Positions 56,176 to 64,000 of a stretch of DNA of 64,000 bases are shown here, one piece after another (the first letter of the stretch is position 1; each line of letters opens with the position of its first letter). The notes below the pieces were generated by a model. The model searched no databases. It saw only the letters and a list, made by a program, of their open reading frames with translations, and was not told the origin of the DNA. Location of the stretch: positions 64,001-128,000 of IMG/VR virus record IMGVR_UViG_3300009509_000001; one strand, written 5' to 3'. This DNA comes from a virus. A program made the translations under genes and the position numbers.

Positions 56176-57369
56176 TTATTCCTCTGTGGTAGATTGGTTT
56201 ACAGTGTTAAGGTAACGTGCGAACTCCTGCTCGTCCATCATTTCCGCTGGAGAAAGCTGGAGTCCGAATACTTGGCATTTCAGGTAATTGCCGGCCAACA
56301 CGGCGTTGACGCGGCCGGCCAGCATGCGCCCGTCCGGGCTCACGCAACGATAGCGGAAACCCGGCTCGCTGCGAAGATGCGGGATCGTCGCCTGCCAGAG
56401 CCTGGCCCTCCAGTCCTCTGGGTGCTGATCAACGAGACCACGGACCGCCCGCATGATCGCCTTCTGGTACACGATGTGCGCTGCGCAGCTGTTGGCCCGC
56501 AGCTCCTCGGCGCTCTGCGACCAGTTCTGTTCGAGGCCGACCAGCCACAGGTTCTTGAGCCCCTCGAGAACCTCGCCGATCAGGTCGAAGTCTTCCTGGG
56601 TGAACCCGTCCTTGTCGCCCTTCTCCGAAAAGAACTCGCGCATCATGGCGGTGACGCCGGCGACCGTGAATATCATGTCGCTTTTGCCGCTCACGATATT
56701 CTTGTCGATGTCGGTGCGCCCGCGGAACACGAAGTGCGTGCCGATCAGGTGAGCGACCCCTGCGTTGAAGTCGTTCGCCTTGTCGAAGAACAGGTTGATC
56801 GACTTGCTGGGCTTGCTGGCGTTGCCGTTGACGTCGGCGAACACCTGCTGCATCTGCTCGGCGCCGAACACCGGAAGGACCATGGCCGTGACCGTGACGT
56901 AGTCGAGGTCGCGACCGTTGTACTCCTTGCGCTCGTTGCGCTTGAGCTGGCTCAGGAACTGCATGGCGTAGCGGATGCCCTCGACCCGGTGCTGGCCGTC
57001 AATGATGACGACGGTCGTCCCGGCCTCGAGCGTCTCCTCGCTGGCCGTGGAGTAGAAGTCGAAGTACCCGTTGTCCCTGCGCCAACCGTCGGCGCCTCGT
57101 GGCGGCTCGAGCATGATGAGCAGCGGCGGGATGATGAAGTCCTTCTTCTCCCTGATACGGTCGAGCAGGTACTCGCCGAACTTGCGGGCTCTGGCCTTGT
57201 TGAGGCTTCGCTGCACACGCTCGCCTTCGTACTCGGTGCGGGAGTTCCGCGTGGAGCACAGGCGCATGAAGTCCTGGGCGGCCAGGCTGATCACCGCACC
57301 CATCTTGGTGCCGGTGGCGGTGGTCATGAACTTCTTGACTACGACGTCACTCGATGTCGTGTAGATCAT
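56176..57369 (-). CDS. dndB: DndB-like DGQHR-domain protein
   Basis: QRSLN..R, YL, IIPPL, IIDGQHR, QQVFADVN..A.KPSKSINLFFD. Confidence 0.85.
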   Translation of the reverse strand: MIYTTSSDVVVKKFMTTATGTKMGAVISLAAQDFMRLCSTRNSRTEYEGERVQRSLNKARARKFGEYLLDRIREKKDFIIPPLLIMLEPPRGADGWRRDNGYFDFYSTASEETLEAGTTVVIIDGQHRVEGIRYAMQFLSQLKRNERKEYNGRDLDYVTVTAMVLPVFGAEQMQQVFADVNGNASKPSKSINLFFDKANDFNAGVAHLIGTHFVFRGRTDIDKNIVSGKSDMIFTVAGVTAMMREFFSEKGDKDGFTQEDFDLIGEVLEGLKNLWLVGLEQNWSQSAEELRANSCAAHIVYQKAIMRAVRGLVDQHPEDWRARLWQATIPHLRSEPGFRYRCVSPDGRMLAGRVNAVLAGNYLKCQVFGLQLSPAEMMDEQEFARYLNTVNQSTTEE

Positions 57370-57656
57370 ACTGGTACCTTTCTGAATGTTGGTTTGATGT
57401 TGTGCGTACTCTCGATCAGGCTGAAAAGCGCTTTGAAATTGCGGTTCGGTTCTTCAGGATCACCAACTTCATCGCCGTCGGCGTGAGGATGGGGATCCTG
57501 AAGAACCAGAGGAGAATGCCCGTTTGCATGCGGGCTGCAGGCGTGGCGCCTGCGAACTCCCTGATCAGGGGTACTGGATCGCAGCGCCCGAACGGCGCCG
57601 GGTGTGGATGGCGGACTCAGTTTGCCGGCGAAGCGCCGGCTACCGCTACCCCAGGT

Positions 57657-58559
57657 TTACAGCTCGATTACGCTGATAAACGAGCGGCGGCAGTTGACGC
57701 GTTCACCCTGTTCCTGGGAATTTTCCGGGTTCAGGGCGGCGGTCTTGCCTTCGGTAATCAGAAATTCGGCCCATTCGTCGTACAGCTCGACGAGCTCTCC
57801 TTCGAAGTGACCTTTGCGTTTGTGACTGACGGCGTAACGTTTGCCGACGACCAGGTCGTGACTCTGCACCGTGGTTGGTTCCTTTTTGGGTTGGCGGCCG
57901 CCCGGCAGGTCTTCCGGCCGTTCGAACAGCTCGGACTGCGGCGGCTCCTTGGGGGTTATCGTCATCTCATACGGCCGGCAGAACGCCGAGGCGTACTCGG
58001 GGTGCATCTCGTACCAGCCGGTCGGCGGGAACTCGGCCAGAAACGGGTCCTTGCCCATGCTGACGAGTTGCGCCTGCATCTCGTTGCAGCCGTCGAGCAA
58101 CGCCTGTTCGAATATCATCTTCTTGGCGGGCGACAATACGTCTAGCGCGTGCGTGACTTCCGGGTATTCATGGAAGATCAGGGCACCTGCCTCGATGTAC
58201 TCCTTCATGCTGTGGTTGAGTTCGTACTCGTGCGGGAACACTCTGATCTGCTCGCCCATGAATATGATTGCACGCGCCTCGCTCCAGTCGGGGCACAGCT
58301 GCCCCCAGAAGTCGAGGAACGCGTTGTTCGCCGGACTGTAGCCTGTGTTCACCTGGACCTTGTGCTTGCGCATGAGTTCCCGGTACTCGGCGCCGCCCAG
58401 GCGACCGTCGGGGTCGGTAGACTCGACGTGATTGAGCAGCTTCTTCACCGCCAGGTCGGCGTCACTGTGCCGGCCGTCGAGCCACGGCTCACTCCAGTGG
58501 AAGCTCAGCTTCGGCGGACTCGGCCGCGTCGGCGGCTTTCTTCTCAGCATTATCCACAT
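57657..58559 (-). CDS. Hypothetical protein
   Basis: Start at ATG 58559. Confidence 0.65.
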   Translation of the reverse strand: MWIMLRRKPPTRPSPPKLSFHWSEPWLDGRHSDADLAVKKLLNHVESTDPDGRLGGAEYRELMRKHKVQVNTGYSPANNAFLDFWGQLCPDWSEARAIIFMGEQIRVFPHEYELNHSMKEYIEAGALIFHEYPEVTHALDVLSPAKKMIFEQALLDGCNEMQAQLVSMGKDPFLAEFPPTGWYEMHPEYASAFCRPYEMTITPKEPPQSELFERPEDLPGGRQPKKEPTTVQSHDLVVGKRYAVSHKRKGHFEGELVELYDEWAEFLITEGKTAALNPENSQEQGERVNCRRSFISVIEL

Positions 58560-59097
58560 CAGCGATACCTCATCGGTTTGAACGTTCCTGGGGCATGGTT
58601 GCTGAAGATCTCGCGAATCCGATGCTCCCCGTTGTTTGTCTCTATGGCCTTGCACATTTCCATGCACTCGCCGTAGTCGTCATAGATCCAGGCGCCGCGG
58701 TTGATCACGGCCACCCGGTGCGGGTTCATGTACTCGAAGAACTCACGCTTGGTCGAGATCTCCCGGAGGTTCTCGATCTGTGCCTCCGTGAGTTCGATTC
58801 CGTCCATGACGGGCGGACCCATGTGGCTTACTACCCAGCTCACCGCTAGAGATCCTCAAGCTGTTCGGTCAGCTCGATTCCGTAGATGCCGACCGCACAG
58901 CCGAGGGCCGCCTGCAGCTTCTGGGAACGCTCTTCATCCTCGGGGTTGTCCGACGCGGCCAGGTCCTTTATCTCCTGGATGCGTTTGTCGGTGACGGCGC
59001 TGAGCTCCGCTACGACCTCGTTGCACATGGCCGTGACGTCTTCGCCAGCCTCTGCGAGCATGCCCTTGAGCATGATTTTCTGCATTTTCTGATCCAT
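58559..59097 (-). other. Two small hypothetical CDSs (58559-58843, 58846-59097)
   Basis: Compact ORFs. Confidence 0.6.
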
Positions 59098-59099
59098 GT

Positions 59100-59786
59100 T
59101 TACTTCTCCAACAGGTGTTGCAGTTCCGGGTGTATCGGAACGCGGGTTTCAATGTGTTTGTGGTTGAACCAGGACAGGATGTGGAATCCCCAGTCCGTAG
59201 TGTGCAGGGGTTTGAACGATTCGCCGAAGTCGTTCTTCTTGTGCACGACGTTCGAGTAGTCATCCACGCGCATGTCGCTCTTGAGCTCATCCTCCAGGTA
59301 GATGTTCATCCACCGTGAAGTCCAGGTCGTCATGAGCATGAACAGCGTGTTGGGGTTCTCCTCGATCAGCTTGCGCACGGGCTCGCAGTAGTCCATGAAC
59401 ACGATCTCGCCGTAGTTCTCGCCGACACCGCCGAAGTCCACCAGCACGAGGTCGTGCTTGAGTCCCTTCATCTCGGCGGGGCGCGTGTACTTCTTGACGT
59501 GGATGGGCGTCGTGATGCCCTCGAGCATACGGGCCATCCCGATGAACTGGCTCTTTCCATCGTCGTCCGCCAGCCAGGCCACGGTGATCTCCCGGGGCAG
59601 CTCGTAGGTGTGTTCCAACGTCGTCTGCTTGGCCAGCTGCTTCTGGGCGGTGAGATAAGCTTTGTCCTTCATCTTGACGAACTGCTCGTCGCTGAGACGC
59701 GCCCGCATGTCCTTGAGATCCGATATGCTCAACGTGTGGGGGTCGAGCTTCATGACCTCTTCGATCGGCATTTCCTTGATATTCAT
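59100..59786 (-). CDS. Protein with CheY-like receiver-fold C-terminal domain
   Basis: ITVAWLADDD...HDLVLVDFG...FMLMTT. Confidence 0.5.
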   Translation of the reverse strand: MNIKEMPIEEVMKLDPHTLSISDLKDMRARLSDEQFVKMKDKAYLTAQKQLAKQTTLEHTYELPREITVAWLADDDGKSQFIGMARMLEGITTPIHVKKYTRPAEMKGLKHDLVLVDFGGVGENYGEIVFMDYCEPVRKLIEENPNTLFMLMTTWTSRWMNIYLEDELKSDMRVDDYSNVVHKKNDFGESFKPLHTTDWGFHILSWFNHKHIETRVPIHPELQHLLEK

Positions 59787-62027
59787 AGCATTTCCTCGAT
59801 TTCTGCGATCAGTCTGAGCCGCTCATCCTCGTCCTCTTCGGCGAGCATTGCGGCGATTTCGGATTCATGATCCTTGAGCAGCTGCAGGATGATGCGGCCG
59901 AGACCGCACGGCCAGAACTCGCTGCCGAAGTCGGCGTGGACCACGATCCGCCGATAATGCGGCGTGGCCTCTTCGCGCTCCGGGTAAGTCCTAGTTCCGT
60001 CGCATCCATTGCGGTAAGCCCGCAGCAGCGGCGTGACACTCAGCACATCGTCTTCAGGCTCTCCGGCAAGTTCGCCCGGAGTCAGAATCTCAAATCCGGC
60101 GAAGCTCGCCATCGTCAGGTTCTCCTGCCTGGTCTCGATGCGTAGCGGTATCCGCACGTCGACGTGAGTGCGGATGACCTTTGGTTCAATGCGCTTGCGT
60201 TTACTCATGGTCGATCCCTCGGGTCTTTCGGAACGAGCCGGTCGAGAAGCTCGGTCTTCTCTTTAAGTTCCTTCTGCAGCTTCTCGTTCTGTCTCTCCAG
60301 GCGCTTGGCCCTGGCCGCCATGTTTCTGGTGCAGGGATTGCACACGGGCCATGCCCGCGAGCCCCGCATCTCCCTGTGGCATTCAGTGCAATTCATCGAC
60401 GCACTCCTCCGGGACCGGTATGTCCTCGCTGCTGGGCACGGCGTGGCCGGGATGCCAGGTCTGCTGCGTGAAGTAGCCGTTTCCGTGGTTGACGCGATAA
60501 CGAACCGTCCGGGTTACGCGCTGAGCGATGCGCTTGACCCCAGGCACCTCGACGCCTTCGGCACGGAGCTGCTCGTGGAGTTTGTATGTTTCCGCGAAGT
60601 TGATTACCGGGTTCAGGCCGGCCAGAACTTGTTCGGCATAATTCATAGTTTTGATCTCCTTGTTATGAGTCGGTAAAGGTTGAATCGATCTTCGCACACT
60701 GGGTTGCCGGGGCCGCCCCACTGCACGAGCGCGCACTCATGCGTGCGCCATCGGTAGTCACTGAACCAGTAGGCGTACCACGACATGTCACGATCACGCA
60801 ACACGGCGGTGGACGGGTCGGCCAGGTACTCCTTGTAGGCTTGAAGGTCGAAGTTCCTGTAGTAGCTTGGGAGCGACGACGGGTAGGGCTCGAACTCGGC
60901 CTTGAATCCCTCCTTCTCATGAAACCTGCGCGTATCCTTCGGCACGCGGCGCATGACCTCGGCGGGAAACCAGTAGGACCCGTTCGGCCATTGCGTCTCA
61001 TTCGGATGGCGCTTGATCAGGTGCCAATACCTGGGGCTGTAGCTCTCCTCCACATGGCCGTTTGCGGCGAACCACGCAAGGCTTGCGTGGATGCCGCCTG
61101 CGATGCTTCCCCTCGGATCGGTGCGCACTCTGCTGAGCACGTAGACGAACGGAGATTTGTAGTCGCGGGCGTGCCTGGCCTTGGCCGCCAGGTAGAGACC
61201 TGGGTAAGGCCCCGCCATCGGCACGAGGTCGGCAAAACCGCGTTTGTAGAGGTTGATCAGCACGAGGTGCATCAACCACCCGCAGTATGTTTTGTGAGCC
61301 TCTATGGCTTCGGCGTCGCCGAAGATCTCATCCATGTCCTCCCGTACATCGTTTACAGTCATCATCATCTTGTGTCTCCAGACTGGCCATGAGCGCCTCT
61401 ATCTGTTCGGGATTGTCCATCACTCGTTCGATCTTCAACTGCATGTCGGCGTACAACGACGTCAACACAGTCGCACGGGTCGCTGCTTCCAGCAGCCCGG
61501 CGTCACCCAACGCAAGATCGGCAAGCGCATCCGCGCGAGTGGCCAGGGCCTCACAGGTCGTGGCGGTACTCACGCGGTGCGCTTCGATAATGGAGTCAAT
61601 CTCCTGACAAATGTCTTCAGCTCTGCTCAAGTATGTCTTTCTTGGTTTGTTCGACGAGCTCTTCGAGAGTGATGTCACCCTCTACGATCTCCTCGATGAT
61701 TTCAGGCGGCGAGAACAAGGCGTTCCGGATGCGGATCGCCGTTGGATAAGCATGGCTCGATCCAAACTTTCCCGCCAGGTTGTACAAGGCGACGTCGTCC
61801 ATATCCTCGATGGCGTCGCCGATGGCTTCGGCCGGAGCGTTGGCCGGAAGCCCGACCAGCTCGGCGAGGTTCACGCCCTCGTCGGGCAACAGGTCGCCGC
61901 CCGCTGCCTGTTCGCGGAAGTCCTCCTCCTCGCGATCACCCATCAGGGTGTAGTCTACGAGGTTGCGGACGTCTTCCATGGTGGCCAGTATGCCGTGGAG
62001 TCCACGGACTTTCGGTGGTTCTGTCAT
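59783..62027 (-). other. Run of small hypothetical CDSs (59783-60208, 60205-60396, 60383-60646, 60643-61368, 61328-61678, 61617-62027)
   Basis: Overlapping ORFs. Confidence 0.6.
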
Positions 62028-63082
62028 ATCGCTTCCTTTAGGCTTGCGCCGCACTGGCGCAGGAATTCACGGGTATACCCTTTCGGGTCGCTTGTATCCA
62101 GGAGGCCCTTCATGAACTCATGGGCATCCGGATAGTCCTTCTTCGGCACTGCGATCGGCAATGCGTCGTTAAGGCTCGCGGCTGCGAACTCGGTGAGATC
62201 GCGCGCGTCTTCGATGTCCTCGGCTGCCTTCGGAACGAGGATCACGCCCTCGAACTCCGACGGGTCGAGATTGCCGAGCACCTCAGGATCATAATGGACG
62301 ACCGGCGGGAGAAGGTGGTTCTCGGCGATGGTGTCCTTGATGTCCTGAACCTCGGTAACGTCGAAGTACTTCCTGGTCTCGAGCTTCCAATGCGCGAGCG
62401 TCGCATGCTCGTGGACGAGGAACACGCCGTGCTCCGCATCACACTCGCTGACGCGCCAGACCCACGGCGAGCCGCAGGACGCGATCTTGACGCCGCGCTT
62501 GGTCATCGTTTCGTCGTGCACGTGAACGTGGCCGACGAGAACAAGCTTCTTGACGTTCTCGGGCACCTGCTCCTTGGTCATGTCGTAGGCGCCTTCGAAT
62601 CCGATGAGATGGCGGAAGCCCGTGTGCAGACACAACACGTCGCATTCCGGCACCTGGGCCAGACGTTCGTGCAGCTTTGCTACCGGGCAATAGTCGATAC
62701 CGTAATAGGTCATGCCGTCGATCTCGACTTTGCGCTGGCCAAGAGGCAGTGCGCCCAGCGAGCTGAGCAGCCGATGCTCGTCGTAGTAGCGGTCGGACAG
62801 ATGCGGGTTCTTGTTCACCCGGTCGTGATTTCCTTCAATGTAGTACACCAGCGTGTTCTGCTGATGCATCTTGTTGATGAAGTTGAAAATACGATAGATG
62901 GATTCGCCGCACGGGCTGTTGCTGTCGAACACGTCTCCGCCAAGTATGACGGCCCGGACACTGTTGCGCACCGCGATCTCCTCGATCTGATCGACGGCGA
63001 TGAACGCATCGTCTTTCAGAAGATTCTTCCGGTACACGCTGGCCGGCTTGACGTGCAAGTCCGACGTCCATAATACACTCAT
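62024..63082 (-). CDS. SbcD/Mre11-like metallophosphoesterase nuclease
   Basis: SDLH, GGDVFD, GNHD, LH, GHVH, GSP. Confidence 0.88.
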   Translation of the reverse strand: MSVLWTSDLHVKPASVYRKNLLKDDAFIAVDQIEEIAVRNSVRAVILGGDVFDSNSPCGESIYRIFNFINKMHQQNTLVYYIEGNHDRVNKNPHLSDRYYDEHRLLSSLGALPLGQRKVEIDGMTYYGIDYCPVAKLHERLAQVPECDVLCLHTGFRHLIGFEGAYDMTKEQVPENVKKLVLVGHVHVHDETMTKRGVKIASCGSPWVWRVSECDAEHGVFLVHEHATLAHWKLETRKYFDVTEVQDIKDTIAENHLLPPVVHYDPEVLGNLDPSEFEGVILVPKAAEDIEDARDLTEFAAASLNDALPIAVPKKDYPDAHEFMKGLLDTSDPKGYTREFLRQCGASLKEAI

Positions 63083-63164
63083 ATCAGTTCTCCTTTTGGT
63101 TAATGTATGGATGCCGCCGCCTGCGTCAAGCGGCGGCTGTTCTTGGACCCTAGTTACCTTAATA

Positions 63165-63758
63165 TCAGTAGTCCAGTCCCTTGCGTTTGAGCATGTCGAC
63201 GTAACGCGACAGTAGCCGCTGGAAGCGAAGAAGGTTCGGCGTCGAGTAGTCCTTCAGGTACTCGCCGTATTGCCCTTCGTCGGCCGATCGTGTCGGGCAT
63301 GAGAATTCAGGCACCTCGCCGCCGCGGTTGTGTATGACACCGCTGACGTCGAACAGCCATTCCATGGCCATGCCGTAGGGATCGGTGGTAAGATCGAACT
63401 CACGGACGGTTTCCTTGAGCTCGTTCATGACACCGGCCGTAAGGTTGCGCTGGCGCTTCAGGTCCGCGTACTTGCCGGCCGACCAATCCTTGCGGAAGTG
63501 GTGGTAGGCAGCGATCCAGTCGATGGCCCGTACATACCTGACGCCGGGACGGTCGGGCATATCGGGACGATCATACGCCGCCTGATACAACGGCAGGCCG
63601 ATGCCCCAGTAGGCACCGCCATGGTCGTATCCCTGAGCGTTGATCTTGACCAACTGGATATGGACCTTGGTACCGGCCGGTGGCGGCTCATGCCGCTCGA
63701 CCCGACCCATTGGGGCGCCGCGGCCGGTGTTCTCCAGATTAGGCAGGTATTTATTCAT
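63165..63758 (-). CDS. Hypothetical protein
   Basis: GAPMGR...GYD.GGAYWG.G.PLY. Confidence 0.7.
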   Translation of the reverse strand: MNKYLPNLENTGRGAPMGRVERHEPPPAGTKVHIQLVKINAQGYDHGGAYWGIGLPLYQAAYDRPDMPDRPGVRYVRAIDWIAAYHHFRKDWSAGKYADLKRQRNLTAGVMNELKETVREFDLTTDPYGMAMEWLFDVSGVIHNRGGEVPEFSCPTRSADEGQYGEYLKDYSTPNLLRFQRLLSRYVDMLKRKGLDY

Positions 63759-63978
63759 CGGACGCGCTTTCCTTCAGTTCTTCGAGGATCCTGTTCATGG
63801 CCTCGAAGTCCGTGTAGTCCGGCCCGTCCTCGAGCCCAGCGCAAATCTGGTCGATGACGTCGCCGGAGTTGTCCAGTTCGAGTTCCAGAAGCTGCTCGAG
63901 CTGACGGGTGGCTTCCCAGGCCGATAACTTGTTGTGGACGAGATGCCGCGCAAGCTCCATCTCCTCGGTGAGTTCCAC
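63751..63978 (-). CDS. Small acidic hypothetical protein (start may lie further upstream)
   Basis: ORF at window edge. Confidence 0.55.
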   Translation of the reverse strand: MELTEEMELARHLVHNKLSAWEATRQLEQLLELELDNSGDVIDQICAGLEDGPDYTDFEAMNRILEELKESASDE

Positions 63979-64000
63979 GATGTCCTCAAGCTTGAGCTGT

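Noticed and set aside
1-64000. Long plus-strand ORFs (e.g. 2844-3848, 4404-5573, 33617-34792, 35619-36989, 56146-57486)
   Set aside because: They are antisense shadows of well-formed minus-strand genes in GC-rich DNA, with no RBS or family motifs.
1-64000. CRISPR array or stop-codon reassignment
   Set aside because: No regularly spaced 25-45 bp repeats were seen. Known genes (thyA, ssb, DegT) are intact in code 11 and TAA, TAG and TGA all end genes.

Overview
This 64 kb window (estimated ~60% GC) looks like part of a large, probably jumbo-type tailed phage genome. Essentially all plausible genes are on the minus strand, tightly packed with ATGA/TGATG overlaps, and the standard genetic code fits. 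Two blocks of putative virion genes (47-7169 and 33203-43566) include a probable portal with a Zn-ribbon insertion and about a dozen Gly-zipper proteins sharing a K-[TQSL]-A motif. They are separated by accessory genes: SSB, HNH, GNAT, ThyA, MmcB-like, HD, Tad1-like, a DUF2589 pair, HAD, and a sugar-modification operon. From 43.7 kb onward come mostly small early-type genes plus XRE, MazG-like, N6-adenine MTase, DndB-like and SbcD/Mre11-like genes. Most striking: (1) a KxA motif that marks N-terminal leaders and domain boundaries, including those of a 941-aa polyprotein carrying 2H-phosphoesterase (Acb1-like), InPase-like and HAD domains; (2) a tandem set of winged-helix proteins stitched to short portal-, capsid-, terminase- and sheath-like fragments, directly upstream of a Tad1 homolog; (3) a ~1 kb structured-RNA locus with two CCA-ended tRNA-like RNAs whose anticodon loops are replaced by large inserts; (4) tandem promoter-short RNA-terminator cassettes. 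Family calls come from motif recognition by eye, not from database searches.
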